DNA from: an uncultured Methanotrichaceae archaeon
GTDB lineage: Archaea; Halobacteriota; Methanosarcinia; Methanotrichales; Methanotrichaceae
Assembly (NCBI GenBank): GCA_964633785.1
Contig: CAZWHG010000005.1
Coordinates: forward strand, 4,440-68,439
Length of the DNA: 64,000 nucleotides
Reading direction: 5' to 3'
In this document: positions 8,903 through 19,362 of the stretch, one piece after another
How positions within the stretch are numbered: the first letter of the stretch is position 1
Layout of the letters: every line of letters begins with the position of its first letter
Made by a program: the position numbers and the translations under genes
The notes under the pieces: generated by a model
What the model was told of the DNA's origin: nothing
Database searches by the model: none
The model's input: only the letters and a program-made list of their open reading frames with translations

Positions 8903-9637
8903 ATGCCGTTCGCCAGACCTAAAACTGATCTGAACAGTAAATTGCTCATTCCAGGAGTAGAAAACATGGAATCATTAGAGCCTTGGTCGAAAGATTATTT
9001 TGAAGATATGTTCGCGAAAACCGATCCCTGGAAGTACCGGACATCGCATTACGAGCGAAGGAAATACCTTAGGCAACTGGATATCATTAGGGATCGCAAT
9101 CCAGATCCAAAAAGGATACTCGAAATCGGATGCGCGGAAGGCGCCCAAACTCTTCTTCTTGCAGAGCAATTCCCGAGGGCGAAAATCACGGCAGTGGAGA
9201 TCTCCTCGAATGCCTTTAAAAGGGCGGAGGATAACATCAGGCCATTTGCAGACAGAATCGCTCTGGTCAATGCCGACATAGTAGAATGCCAGACTCTATT
9301 AAAAGAGAAACACTACGATGTTATCGTGTGGAGTGAGTCGATTTATTATTTAGGGGGACGTCTGCAATTGACTGCTACGTACAACCTATTGGGCAAGATC
9401 CTAAACAAGCTTAATGACACGGGTCTGCTGGTATTGGCCAACTCTGTGAACCTGCCGGAAGAACTGCCTGAATCAACTGTGACCGGACGAGCATTTATTG
9501 ATTGTTATCATGCGATCCTATCCAGCTTAATCCTCCCAGTCTCTAAATCAACATACGTAGAAGAAAAGGCGGGCAAGATGTACGAATACCAGATCTGGGC
9601 ATTTGCGAGATCCGGATGTGGGATCTCTTGCTTATGA
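8903..9637 (+). CDS. Class I SAM-dependent methyltransferase, NodS-like
   Basis: Motif I is 'ILEIGCAEGAQT' and the N-terminal 'DPWKY' is typical of NodS-type methyltransferases. The true start may be the internal ATG at 8966 ('MESLEPW'). Confidence 0.8.
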   Translation: MPFARPKTDLNSKLLIPGVENMESLEPWSKDYFEDMFAKTDPWKYRTSHYERRKYLRQLDIIRDRNPDPKRILEIGCAEGAQTLLLAEQFPRAKITAVEISSNAFKRAEDNIRPFADRIALVNADIVECQTLLKEKHYDVIVWSESIYYLGGRLQLTATYNLLGKILNKLNDTGLLVLANSVNLPEELPESTVTGRAFIDCYHAILSSLILPVSKSTYVEEKAGKMYEYQIWAFARSGCGISCL

Positions 9638-9675
9638 TAGACACAGGTAGAATTCTGAGGAAAGTATTATATGGT

Positions 9676-9991
9676 CTACTTCCTAGCCGACCTCTCCAGC
9701 ACCTTGCCGCCTGCGCCATGCCCCCAAAATCTCCAGGTTCTTTGATATCGTAGACTATTCTTGACGATCTTCTTTATGTCCTCGAAAGAATAAGTCTTGC
9801 TCTTTTTGGCCGTGATATTTTCCATCTCAATATCGACCGCTTTTTGCACCAAAATACCAGTTCTTCCTCCTCGATCATCCGCTCGTAGGCCAGGATGGCC
9901 TGGCGTATGACCTCAGTTGGCTTCCAGCATATCCCTTCTCAATAATGCTTTTTATGGCGGCATCATATGGCGCGCCCAGATTGATATTCAT
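9676..9991 (-). pseudogene. Frameshifted ribbon-helix-helix (ParD/CopG-like) antitoxin remnant
   Basis: My minus-strand reading gives 'MNINLGAPYDAAIKSIIEKGYAGSQ'. It continues in a second frame as '(T)EVIRQAILAYERMIEEEELV'. It continues in a third frame as 'QKAVDIEMENITAKKSKTYSFEDIKKIVKNSL'. That requires at least 2 frameshifts. No partner toxin is adjacent. Confidence 0.4.
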
Positions 9992-10160
9992 GGCCCATCG
10001 CTCAATGTACGTTTAATGAGCATTAAAGCATATGAGCATTGTTCATCGATAAATAACCGTTCACATTGGGAATACGGTTCGACCAAGATTAAAAAAAGCA
10101 TTACGAAAAATGGCGCTAATCCCACCCGCCCTGCGAGTGGGCCACCCAATTCCTCACTTC

Positions 10161-11600
10161 CTAGCCGCCGTTCTCCAGCACCCTTGCAGCCTGCGCTCCT
10201 GCCTCCAGAATATCCAGGTTCTTGGTGATGAGCTTGGGCTTCTTGGCAAAAGTCTCACGGAAGGCGTTCCCATAAGCCTCGCTGGGCAGACCCAGATTGC
10301 CGGCCTGCATCAAGGCCCCTAGCATGGCCGTATTGGCCGCCTGCGGGGTCCCTCGCTCTGTGGCGATCCGCGTGGCCGGAACGGATATGGCTTGCACGCC
10401 CTCCTGTGCCTGGAACTGGCCTGCCAAAGAGTCGTAGAGAATCACGCCGCCCTTCTTGACGGTGGGCGCAAACTTTTCCAGAGACGGACGGTTGAAGGCC
10501 ACCAGCACATCGGGATGGTCCACCACCGGTGAGCCGATTGGCCGCCCGGAAATGACCACGGTACAATTCGAGGTTCCGCCCCTCTGCTCCGGCCCGTAGT
10601 CGGGATAGTAAGACACATAGCGCCCGCTGCCAAAGCCCGCCTGGGCTAGGGTCAGGCCCATGCTCAGCACTCCCTGTCCTCCAAAGCCGGCAATCTTCAC
10701 GCCCTTGACCACAAACTCCGGATCCTCCCGGAACGAAACGCAGATCCCGCTCTCGCAGCCAAAAATCTTATCCAGTGCACCTTGGGAGAAGTCACTCTCC
10801 GGCCTGGTTATGGGCTCTGCCTCAGCAGATCGGTCCCGGAATCGCTTTAGCGGAAACTCCTTTTCCATCTGCTCATTGACGAACTTGGCTATGGCCTTCG
10901 CATCCATCCTCAGGATAGTGGGACAGGGAGAAAGCAGCTCGACAAAAGCATATCCTTTTTTGTCTCTCTGAATCTCCAGAGCCTTCTTGACTGCTCGGCG
11001 CGCTTTTCTGATATGCTCGATGTCCGAAAGCGATGCCCGCTCGATAAATACCGGCGCTTTTAGTGTATCCAGCAGTTCACAGATGTGAATGGGATAGCCC
11101 TGATCGCAGGCATTGCGTCCGCCTGGCGTGGTGGCCGTGACCTCTCCAATCAAGGTCGTGGGCGCCATCTGCCCACCAGTCATGCCATAGACGCTGTTGT
11201 TGACGAAGAATACGGCCAGCTTCTCGCCTCGGTTGGCAGCCTGAATGGTCTCGTTCAGGCCAATGGAGGCCAGATCACCGTCTCCCTGATAGGAGATGAC
11301 TATTGCATTGTCCTCAGAGCGCGATATGCCTGTAGCTATGGCCGGAGCCCGGCCATGTGCGGCCTGCACGTGACCGCAGTCCAGATAGTAGTAGGCGAAA
11401 ACGGCGCATCCCACCGGACTGATCACGACACACCTATCCTGAATGCCGAGGTCTAACATGGCCTCACCGATGAGCTTATGCAAAATGCCGTGACCACAAC
11501 CGGGACAGTAATGGGTGGCCGTCGGAGCGGCACCACCTTTTCTGGGAAACTGCTCATATATGCCGGGATGCCCCCCGATAATCTTTTCATTTGCTGCCAT
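10161..11600 (-). CDS. 2-oxoacid:ferredoxin oxidoreductase, beta subunit fused to gamma subunit
   Basis: The TPP-binding region is '[41 protein letters not shown]'. The C-terminal half carries gamma-type '[28 protein letters not shown]'. Confidence 0.9.
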   Translation of the reverse strand: MAANEKIIGGHPGIYEQFPRKGGAAPTATHYCPGCGHGILHKLIGEAMLDLGIQDRCVVISPVGCAVFAYYYLDCGHVQAAHGRAPAIATGISRSEDNAIVISYQGDGDLASIGLNETIQAANRGEKLAVFFVNNSVYGMTGGQMAPTTLIGEVTATTPGGRNACDQGYPIHICELLDTLKAPVFIERASLSDIEHIRKARRAVKKALEIQRDKKGYAFVELLSPCPTILRMDAKAIAKFVNEQMEKEFPLKRFRDRSAEAEPITRPESDFSQGALDKIFGCESGICVSFREDPEFVVKGVKIAGFGGQGVLSMGLTLAQAGFGSGRYVSYYPDYGPEQRGGTSNCTVVISGRPIGSPVVDHPDVLVAFNRPSLEKFAPTVKKGGVILYDSLAGQFQAQEGVQAISVPATRIATERGTPQAANTAMLGALMQAGNLGLPSEAYGNAFRETFAKKPKLITKNLDILEAGAQAARVLENGG

Positions 11601-12645
11601 TTTTTGCCACCTCCCTGATCTTTTCTAAGACTGAATCCAGACCAATCAAATTTCCTCCGTAGCGGCAGACCAGCTCTACCGGCATACAACCACTGGCAAG
11701 ACGGATGTCTTCACGCATCTGTCCGTTGCTCATCTCCACAGAGATGAACTTGCAGCCGCGCTCGGCGAGAGATCGCACCGCTTTTTCAGGGAAGGGGAAG
11801 AGAGTGATGGGTCGGAAGAGGCCTGCCTTGATGCCCTCCTTTCGTGCAGCATCTATTGCAGATCTGGCGATCCTGCTGCTGATGCCGTAGGAGACCAGCA
11901 CGACACCGGCATCTTCCAGCCGATAGCCCTCCCATGCCACTTCGCTCTCTTTTATGCGTTCATACTTCTCCTGCAGCTTGCAGTTGTGCCTCTCCATCTC
12001 GTCGAAGTTGAGCATAATTGAAGTTATCAGATTTCTTCTCGTCTCGGCTCGACCATTCACAGCCCAGGTGGTGTCAATGCTGGGCCGGAGCGCCTCTTTT
12101 GGAAACTCCAGAGGCTCGACCATGTGCCCTAGCACTCCGTCCGCCAAAATCACTACTGGATTTCTATACTTAAAGGCCAGATCGAAACCCTTACCAGTTA
12201 GGTCGCACATCTCCTGCACGCTTGCTGGCGCCAGAACAATGTTATGATAGCAGCCATGCCCACCGCTCTTGCAGGCCTGATTGTAGTCCGACTGCTCCGG
12301 CCCAATGTTGCCTAGACCCGGTCCTGCCCGACAGATATCGACAATTACGCAGGGAAGCTCTGCACCAGCGAGGTATGTTATACCCTCCTGCTTCAGGCTC
12401 ATGCCGGGACCGGAAGATGCCGCAAGCACGCGATGTCCAGCAGAAGCCGCCCCGTAGACCATGTTGATTGCCGCTTCTTCCGATTCCGCCTGCACGAACT
12501 TGCGGCCCAATTTGGGAAAATTGTGAGAGGCTTCATGCAATATCTCGCTGGCGGGAGTGATAGGATAGCCAAAGAAGCAGTCACAACCTGCATAAAGAGC
12601 ACCCACGATCACGGCGCTGTTTCCAGCCACTAATTGAGACGCCAT
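11587..12645 (-). CDS. 2-oxoacid:ferredoxin oxidoreductase, alpha subunit
   Basis: '[10 protein letters not shown]...[31 protein letters not shown]' is typical of POR/VOR/KOR alpha subunits. It overlaps the downstream beta-gamma gene by 14 nt. Confidence 0.9.
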   Translation of the reverse strand: MASQLVAGNSAVIVGALYAGCDCFFGYPITPASEILHEASHNFPKLGRKFVQAESEEAAINMVYGAASAGHRVLAASSGPGMSLKQEGITYLAGAELPCVIVDICRAGPGLGNIGPEQSDYNQACKSGGHGCYHNIVLAPASVQEMCDLTGKGFDLAFKYRNPVVILADGVLGHMVEPLEFPKEALRPSIDTTWAVNGRAETRRNLITSIMLNFDEMERHNCKLQEKYERIKESEVAWEGYRLEDAGVVLVSYGISSRIARSAIDAARKEGIKAGLFRPITLFPFPEKAVRSLAERGCKFISVEMSNGQMREDIRLASGCMPVELVCRYGGNLIGLDSVLEKIREVAKNGSK

Positions 12646-12647
12646 TA

Positions 12648-14549
12648 TCAGTTCTCCTCTGCTTTTTTCTCTTTCTGGGGCACATGAACCTCAATGGCCA
12701 GCGGCTCAGGACAAGTGTAATAACATGCACCGCAACCAATGCAGCCGTCACCTGAATAGAGCACATAGTGATAGCCTCGAGAATTCAGCTCTTCACCCAT
12801 CTTTAATACATCTGCGGGACATGCCTCAATACACCGCTCGCATGCCTTGCATTCCAGGGTATTGATAATCGGATAGGGCTTGTCTTTATCCCTGATCTCC
12901 ACCCGCCGGATCTTCCCGCTTATGGTCTTGGGCAGCTCCTCTACGAACTCGATGATTCGCGGGTACTTGTAGGGCGCAGTTACCCTCTTTACGTGGTTCT
13001 GAAGCTCCTTTTTCAACTCATCGGAGCTGGAATAACCGCGGGCCAGAACTATGGTTGCCTTTACCACCTGTCCCCGAATGGTATCAGGCACACCGGTTAT
13101 GGCCACCTCCATCACAGATGGGTGAGACATTAGGGCACTTTCCACTTCAAATGGTCCCACCCGATATCCGGAACTCTTGATCATGTCATCCGTTCGGCCT
13201 ATGAACCAGAAGAATCCATCCTCATCTTGCCAGGCGGTGTCTCCAGTATGGTAGTAATCGTCATGCCAGGTGCTCTTGGTCTTATCCGGATCGGAATGAT
13301 AATCGGTGAAAAGGCCGACGGGCTTTCCCTTGTCCGTCTTGATCACAATTTCGCCCTCTTCGCCCACCTCGCATAATTTGTCGTTCTTGCCCACCAGTAC
13401 AATATCGAATCCCGGAGCAGGCTTTCCCATCGAGCCGGGCTTGGGATTCATCCAGGGATAATTGGCAATGCAGACAACCGTCTCCGTCTGGCCGAATCCT
13501 TCCATGAGCCGCAATCCCGTAGTCTCCAGGAAGCTCTCATACACAGACGGATTGAGCGGCTCTCCTGCCGTGACCGCATATTTTAGCCTGGAGAAGTCGT
13601 ATCTGGACATGTCGCTCTTGATCATGAACCTGAAGATGGTCGGGGGAGCACAGAAGGTTGTCACCCCATATTTACCCATCTCGTCCATCATCTTACCGGC
13701 ATCAAATCGATCATAATCGTAGACGAAGACCGCCGAGCCGGCCAGCCATTGACCGTAGATCTTGCCCCAGGCGCATTTGGCCCATCCCGTATCCGCTACG
13801 GTGTAATGAAGACCATCATCCTCCACATTCTGCCAGTACTTGGCAGTGAGAATATGGCCCAGGGGATAGGTCTGATCGTGTTTGACCAGTTTTGGATATC
13901 CAGTAGTTCCAGAGGTAAAGTATCCAAGGAGGATATCCTCGTTTTTCGTCGCCTGCTCTCCAGTCGGTCGTACAAAATCTGCCGATGCCTCTGCCAGCTC
14001 CTTATTGAAATTGATCCAGCCCTCGCGCACACAATCAGCGCTTCCTACCAGGGCTTTGACCAGAGGAATATTGCCCAGACCCTTGTGGGCCTCATCAAAC
14101 TCGCCCGGAACCCCATTCTCTGCTATGCAAATGATCATCTTCAGATCGCCCTTCTTGATGCGATAAACGAAGTCCTTGGCCTTGAGCATATGCGTAGAAG
14201 GAATGGAGATTGCCCCGATCTTGTTTAAGCCCACCATGCAGACCCAGAACTCCCAGCGGCTCTTGAGGGTAAGCATGACCGTATCCCCTTTTTTCAGTCC
14301 ATATTTAGAAAAGAGATTGGCAGCCTTGTCGCTTTGGATCTTCAGATCTTTGAAGGTGATGATCAACTCTTCACCGTGATCATTGCACCAGACTAAGGCA
14401 CGCTTATCAGGATTTTCTGCGGCATAGGCATCAACCACATCGTAGGCAAAATTGAAGTTCTCGGGAACCAGGATCTTCAGATTTTCTTTAAAATCCTCAT
14501 ATGACTTATAATCGACCCGAGAGACGAACTTAGGCAATAATGACGACAT
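12648..14549 (-). CDS. AMP-forming (medium/branched-chain type) acyl-CoA synthetase fused to a C-terminal 2x[4Fe-4S] ferredoxin (OFOR delta-like) domain
   Basis: The adenylation motifs are '[11 protein letters not shown]', 'GQTE', 'YHTGD' and '[11 protein letters not shown]'. The last ~75 aa read '[12 protein letters not shown]...[12 protein letters not shown]', i.e. two CxxCxxCxxxCP clusters. Confidence 0.9.
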   Translation of the reverse strand: MSSLLPKFVSRVDYKSYEDFKENLKILVPENFNFAYDVVDAYAAENPDKRALVWCNDHGEELIITFKDLKIQSDKAANLFSKYGLKKGDTVMLTLKSRWEFWVCMVGLNKIGAISIPSTHMLKAKDFVYRIKKGDLKMIICIAENGVPGEFDEAHKGLGNIPLVKALVGSADCVREGWINFNKELAEASADFVRPTGEQATKNEDILLGYFTSGTTGYPKLVKHDQTYPLGHILTAKYWQNVEDDGLHYTVADTGWAKCAWGKIYGQWLAGSAVFVYDYDRFDAGKMMDEMGKYGVTTFCAPPTIFRFMIKSDMSRYDFSRLKYAVTAGEPLNPSVYESFLETTGLRLMEGFGQTETVVCIANYPWMNPKPGSMGKPAPGFDIVLVGKNDKLCEVGEEGEIVIKTDKGKPVGLFTDYHSDPDKTKSTWHDDYYHTGDTAWQDEDGFFWFIGRTDDMIKSSGYRVGPFEVESALMSHPSVMEVAITGVPDTIRGQVVKATIVLARGYSSSDELKKELQNHVKRVTAPYKYPRIIEFVEELPKTISGKIRRVEIRDKDKPYPIINTLECKACERCIEACPADVLKMGEELNSRGYHYVLYSGDGCIGCGACYYTCPEPLAIEVHVPQKEKKAEEN

Positions 14550-14570
14550 TTTTCCTTTCCTCTTTCTCTC

Positions 14571-15125
14571 CTACATGACCACAGCCAGAAGCTTCACCGG
14601 CTTGTCGTTTAGGGCTTGCATGTAATGATCATAAGACGAATCGAAGAATATGGAGTCTCCAACGTTTAGCACTACATCATTGTCATGAATGGTGATCTTT
14701 AGAGACCCCTCGAGCACGTATTCAAACTCCTGGCCCGGATGACTGTAGAATGACGGGCTACCTTTCCTAGGATCGATGGTAACTATAAACGGCTCAGCTT
14801 TTTTATGAGCGAACTTTCTGGCCAGGCTCTGGTAGTGGTATTGCCTTCTGCGCTCCACTTCCACCGCTTCCCCCTTTCGAGTAATGGTGAAGATGCTCAT
14901 CTTGGACTCTTCGCCAGTGAGAAGCAGACCTGTATCAACATTGAGTTTTCGTGCAATGCCGATAAGAATGCTGGCGGGAATGTCCAGCTTTCCATCTTCA
15001 TAGCAGTTGTATGTCCCTACAGGCACATTAAGGTGCTCTGCCATCTCCTCGGACGATACCAGATTTAGCTCCCTCAGCTCACGAAGACGTGAACCTATCT
15101 CATCAAGCCTCTCCTTCATGCTCAT
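14571..15125 (-). CDS. XRE-family HTH plus cupin transcriptional regulator
   Basis: The N-terminus '[32 protein letters not shown]' is of HTH_3 type. The C-terminus '[14 protein letters not shown]...GDSIFFDS..H' is of cupin type. It lies directly upstream of the acyl-CoA synthetase on the same strand. Confidence 0.85.
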   Translation of the reverse strand: MSMKERLDEIGSRLRELRELNLVSSEEMAEHLNVPVGTYNCYEDGKLDIPASILIGIARKLNVDTGLLLTGEESKMSIFTITRKGEAVEVERRRQYHYQSLARKFAHKKAEPFIVTIDPRKGSPSFYSHPGQEFEYVLEGSLKITIHDNDVVLNVGDSIFFDSSYDHYMQALNDKPVKLLAVVM

Positions 15126-15558
15126 TCCTCAGCGCATTGTGACTGCCTCACATGCATATTTTAATCTATCTAATCATGAGCGATTTTCTTGCAGATGAAG
15201 CCTAGATTCTGATACTGACCGGTAAAGCATCCTTGACAGGTTCAGCTGCAGGAATAGAAATGTGCATAGGGATCGTGAAGCGGCATGTACGTGGCTACTA
15301 AAAAGCGCTAGTAATTAACTCAACGAATGACTAGGGCTAAATGGACCCTATGCATTCGAATTTCGTGTGATTTTCAGTAACCTTCACACACGACCCGTGA
15401 AGGTTCCCCCACCCAGAAGGACCGGGCTATCTATCGCCTTTGTGAAGAGATTTGCATCCCAATCTCAAGGGCATTATGACACCTAAGCGATTGTCCGCGA
15501 TTGATAGATCTACTGTCGAACAAGTAGAAATATTATGGTTGCAGAGACTATTTAAACA

Positions 15559-15933
15559 TCATGAGGTCCAGTCGTCCTCATCAAGCCAGTTTTGAGCCTT
15601 TTTCTTTGAGCTTGTCGGACTTTTCGTTGGGGACTGTTCGGCAAAATTGCGCGACGCTGATCGGTAGCCAGAATTTCCTCGCATCAGATTATAAGCAATT
15701 TCCGGATCAATGCCATGTTTATTTAAATATGCCTCGCGTGAGAGATGTTCCCCCATTCCGGAAATGTATATCGCATCGCCGATAATTGGGGTAATTTTTC
15801 CAGCAGGCAAAATCCATTCGAACCCCTGAGGAAGCGCACATTGCAGCCAATCGCTATTTCCTTCAAGATCCGCTTCGGATGCCACATTTACGACGCCGCA
15901 GTTTTTACAGATGAACTTCTTCATATCACTCAC
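15559..15933 (-). CDS. Hypothetical protein, 124 aa
   Basis: ORF with plausible composition and 'CKNC' near the N-terminus. No family recognised. Confidence 0.55.
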   Translation of the reverse strand: MSDMKKFICKNCGVVNVASEADLEGNSDWLQCALPQGFEWILPAGKITPIIGDAIYISGMGEHLSREAYLNKHGIDPEIAYNLMRGNSGYRSASRNFAEQSPTKSPTSSKKKAQNWLDEDDWTS

Positions 15934-16323
15934 CTTCAGTCAGCATAATAAGTCTATAACAGTATATATAATTTACTTGACAAATATTTTAATTACGGCG
16001 CCATCATTTTTTATATAGGAATAATGAATATGATATTATTTGGACAAAATGATCGAGAAAGATTGAAGGTTTCGGTTGCTTACCACACATGTGCGGGACG
16101 GCAATAGTTCATCAACAAATCCAGCCAGGATTTGATACCAATGCGTTTTGCCATTCAGTGCTGAGAGTCTATGCAGGTCGCGAGGCATTTGTCCTTCCGG
16201 GCGAAATTGTTGCCTGGCAGGCCGCTGGAATGACTGCCGTCACTTAGATTGAATAAGATTATAACTCAATAAATTTTTTATCGATCGTAAAAGTTATAAA
16301 CTTTAAAAAATATCTGTTTATGT

Positions 16324-17478
16324 ATGAAGGACTTTGCGGGGTCGAGCATCACCTACTATGGTCTGGCTCGCGAAATATTGATGAATAAATATCCCAGGCT
16401 GATAAACGTTTTTGTGATATTGGCTTTGATCTGCATGACTGGTCTAGCCATATTTCTCATATCCGATCTCGTCTCTTTCGCCTTGAATCCAGATTATAAG
16501 GGTGCCAGCACCAGCCTTGATCTCAAGGGTCCGGAAAACGGCATCATACCCACGACAAACGATAAGGAGAAGAGCGAAAATACCAGTACGAATACTTCCC
16601 AGTCCTTGGAAAACACGAGCCGCCAATCCAAGGAACAGAGTCCTTCCAACTTATCGAAGATGAATGCTTCGCTGCTATCCAGTCAGACCGCAAAAGGAGT
16701 CGATGCTGCAAGCGAGTCATCGAGCGGCAGCACAAAGAGTTCTGTTGATAAAAAGGTGGGCAACTCACTTATTACAAGACATCATAGTTCATCATCATCT
16801 TCGTCTTCCACCTCGTCTTCTGCAAAGTCAGCAAAGAAAATTAACGACCCGAACAACTTGACAAATGAGACGGTAACGATCTTAGTGCCGACAGAACAAT
16901 CGATGAACAATTCTCAAGAAAGAGAATCAACATTCTTGATTCTTCCGCCGATAGAAGCTGCGAATATCACGATCACAAACAGCAGCAATCTTTCCAGCGA
17001 AGGACAAGGTGGCATTCTGTCCAATGAAGAAAGTGCAAATTCTCAAGAATCCAACTACTCAGAGGTCGCGCCCAGTGCAGTTCCTACATCCTTGCCTTTA
17101 GCGGCCATAGGCAGTTCGACTATTCCAGCAAAGGACAAACCAGCAAGAGAGCCTGTATCAATAATTGAGTTCAAGACACAAGCGCCCCTTAGTCAGAAAT
17201 CCGAACCGGCTCTAAGTCAGGATAACAGTGTGACCGATGGTGCGGCCGTCTCAGATAATACAAATAAGGCGCAAAGCCCAAAAGAAGCGACAAAAAAATC
17301 CAAATTGCAGGCCGCTAAAACGAAGAGTGCATCTTCGAAAAAGAGCAAATTGGCTGCCGCCAACCAAGCCGCAAAGGTGAAAGAAACCAAAGATAAGATG
17401 AAAGCCAATAAAGATCGGATTGAGCAGAAAATGAAGAAGAAAGCGGCTCAATTGCGTACCAAAATTGCATCAAATTAG
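16324..17478 (+). CDS. Membrane-anchored Ser/Thr/Asn-rich low-complexity protein with a Lys-rich C-terminus
   Basis: It has the TM segment 'LINVFVILALICMTGLAIFLISDLV', a poly-Ser tract 'HHSSSSSSSSTSSS' and the tail 'KKSKLQAAKTKSASSKKSKL..'. The start may be ATG 16381 ('MNKYPRL'). Confidence 0.6.
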   Translation: MKDFAGSSITYYGLAREILMNKYPRLINVFVILALICMTGLAIFLISDLVSFALNPDYKGASTSLDLKGPENGIIPTTNDKEKSENTSTNTSQSLENTSRQSKEQSPSNLSKMNASLLSSQTAKGVDAASESSSGSTKSSVDKKVGNSLITRHHSSSSSSSSTSSSAKSAKKINDPNNLTNETVTILVPTEQSMNNSQERESTFLILPPIEAANITITNSSNLSSEGQGGILSNEESANSQESNYSEVAPSAVPTSLPLAAIGSSTIPAKDKPAREPVSIIEFKTQAPLSQKSEPALSQDNSVTDGAAVSDNTNKAQSPKEATKKSKLQAAKTKSASSKKSKLAAANQAAKVKETKDKMKANKDRIEQKMKKKAAQLRTKIASN

Positions 17479-17577
17479 TCTTGATAAAAGGCCGGTAAGT
17501 CCAGGATCCGCCTTGCAAAGAATGCACAACATGGCGGATCTGCATTAAGGGTATGCATCTGTCTATTCTTTAAAAAT

Positions 17578-18108
17578 TTATTGATTAGAGATTCTCATGA
17601 TGCATCCGTCTTCAGTATGCTCTACTTCGAGCTTTATCTTCAGATCAGAGAAGACCCTCTGCCAGTGGCTTTCCACGCAGGTCTTGCAGTGTTCCTTAGC
17701 AATCAGGCTGGCACCCAGCCGAGCAAAGGATTTGGCCCCTTGCATCAAGCCGCAGCGATGACGTTTGATCTCCACAACACTGTCCTTCTCCGTGACTTCA
17801 ACCACGCTACCGAAGAGGTTCTTGTCGTTGGTTGCCATGGCCAGGGCCACATCTTCCGGCTTCTCCAGTCCCAACTGCTTGAATGTAGCCGCTACCTGGT
17901 GAGCACCGATACCCTGAAATTCGCGCAGACCTTTCTTGCCGAGCTTGCGAGCCACATAGCCGCTGCTGCCATAGAAGCTGCCCATCCACATGGCCACTAC
18001 ACGCTGCTGGACCTGTTCCAGGGGGATATCAGGGATGTCTGTCATGCCGTTTTTACTACGCAAGAGAGCATTATAATACTTTGCGTCTCTCATCATCTCA
18101 ATTCTCAC
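17578..18108 (-). CDS. Hypothetical soluble protein, 176 aa
   Basis: Its composition is balanced. It has a 4-nt ATGA-type overlap with the upstream gene 18105..18482. The overlapping plus-strand ORF looks like an antisense artefact. Confidence 0.7.
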   Translation of the reverse strand: MRIEMMRDAKYYNALLRSKNGMTDIPDIPLEQVQQRVVAMWMGSFYGSSGYVARKLGKKGLREFQGIGAHQVAATFKQLGLEKPEDVALAMATNDKNLFGSVVEVTEKDSVVEIKRHRCGLMQGAKSFARLGASLIAKEHCKTCVESHWQRVFSDLKIKLEVEHTEDGCIMRISNQ

Positions 18109-18482
18109 ATCACTTCCACCAGGACGCTTCCCTGGGCGGTGTTGCCAGACCCATCAGTAACTTTTAAAATGATCACATGACCGCCTTTGCTCAGCCGAGA
18201 GGGATTTTGCATAAATTTGCGGCTGGTAGAGAGTTCTCCGTCGATGCTTGAACTCCAGCGATAGCTTATGGGGGCCTGTCCCGCACTTACCACGGCATCA
18301 AAGACGATGTCTTTGTTTCCCTGCAGAATCTCTCCCGCTTTAGGTGAAGTTATGGTCACAGTTGGCTCCTTTGCACTCTTATCTGCAACATTGCCGCCAG
18401 CATTAGTGGTGCTATCTTTTTGCTCCAGGCACCCTGCGCCGAATAGCAAAAGACACAATGCAATTAATAAGATCCATTTCAT
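18105..18482 (-). CDS. Small lipoprotein-like secreted protein with an Ig/PKD-like domain
   Basis: It has a signal plus lipobox-like 'LLLFGAGC'. 'ISYRWSSSIDGEL...HVIILKVTDGSGN' is beta-sandwich-like. Confidence 0.75.
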   Translation of the reverse strand: MKWILLIALCLLLFGAGCLEQKDSTTNAGGNVADKSAKEPTVTITSPKAGEILQGNKDIVFDAVVSAGQAPISYRWSSSIDGELSTSRKFMQNPSRLSKGGHVIILKVTDGSGNTAQGSVLVEVM

Positions 18483-18622
18483 AGCAGAGTTAGAGATTCT
18501 GCATGGATATAATACTTTTTAAAAAAGCACCGCTATATGCTATCAAAAATCTCTAACCGCGCCCTTCAAGCTTCGCGGCAAGAGGGGCGCTGGAGATCGC
18601 CATTAAATGTGGCGTATGAGAC

Positions 18623-19258
18623 TTAAGATTGGGCGGTAGTAGCTTCCGGTGCTGGAGTAGGCGCTGCTGTTGCCATGACCGGCTCGGACTTGATTTCAGT
18701 CTTGCGTACTTCCACGCGCCTGAGGGGATAGATAGCCTTGGCCTCTTTGTAGATATCCAAAGATATCTTGCCACCCACAGCTTCCTGGATCAACTGGTTT
18801 AAGTCCAGAGTCTTTGACCTCTCTAAGACGACCCTCTTGGAAAGCTCTCTGATGCTCTTGACCTGATTGGCCCGCGCCCTCTTTACAGTGAAGCAGCTGG
18901 GCTTGACCCGGACATGGTAGCCATCCGTGGTGATTACGTCTACAATGGAATCAATTCTTGATGTCCTTCTCTTGACCAGGGAACGCACATAATCCGTGGT
19001 CATCTCATGGCCCAGGAACTTTGTGTATGCCGAATCTCCGGCCACGCGATCTACTTTAAACTTGAGTTTGGTGTTCTGTTTGGAGAAGTTGTTGGTGAGA
19101 TCGCCCAAGGTGGTCTCAACGATCCTTCCCACAACCCTCTCCGGATCGTTGGCTACCGTTTCACCAAAGGGAACTCTGCCGAACATCTCCGGACTTACAA
19201 CCTTATACCATTGCTTGGCCTTTCTGCTCTCAGCCTTTCTTTGTGATCTTCTTGCCAA
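18623..19258 (-). CDS. rps3ae: 30S ribosomal protein S3Ae (eS1)
   Basis: 'KAKQWYKVVSPEMFG...VGRIVETTLGDLTNNFSKQNTKLKFKV' is characteristic of archaeal S3Ae. Confidence 0.95.
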   Translation of the reverse strand: MARRSQRKAESRKAKQWYKVVSPEMFGRVPFGETVANDPERVVGRIVETTLGDLTNNFSKQNTKLKFKVDRVAGDSAYTKFLGHEMTTDYVRSLVKRRTSRIDSIVDVITTDGYHVRVKPSCFTVKRARANQVKSIRELSKRVVLERSKTLDLNQLIQEAVGGKISLDIYKEAKAIYPLRRVEVRKTEIKSEPVMATAAPTPAPEATTAQS

Positions 19259-19307
19259 TAAACATCCTCCGAGGTAATATCAATCCGAAGATGGTTCAAG
19301 CTCACGG

Positions 19308-19315
19308 TATTTAAA
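19308..19315 (-). promoter_or_regulatory. Candidate TATA box 'TTTAAATA' for rps3ae
   Basis: The minus strand reads cgatcggTTTAAATAccg about 50 nt upstream of the ATG at 19258. A GGAGG sequence sits about 8 nt before the start. Confidence 0.35.
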
Positions 19316-19325
19316 CCGATCGCCC

Positions 19326-19361
19326 AAAAAAGATTTGATGCAAAAAAGGTCGGACCAAAAA
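19326..19361 (-). terminator. Oligo-T tracts after the 524-aa gene
   Basis: The minus strand shows T5, T6 and T6 runs (plus-strand A-runs at 19357-61, 19342-47 and 19326-31). They begin immediately after the stop at 19363-65. Archaeal termination typically uses oligo-T. Confidence 0.45.
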
Positions 19362-19362
19362 C

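Noticed and set aside
15379-15405. 9-bp hairpin aaccttcac-(9 nt)-gtgaaggtt in the 15200-15560 spacer
   Set aside because: It has no adjacent oligo-T tract and no clear relation to a gene end or start. I could not tie it to a function, so it is not reported as a feature.
17581-18180. 199-aa plus-strand ORF overlapping 17578..18108
   Set aside because: The minus-strand ORF has a more protein-like composition and is ATGA-coupled to the upstream minus-strand lipoprotein gene. The plus-strand ORF is judged to be an antisense artefact.
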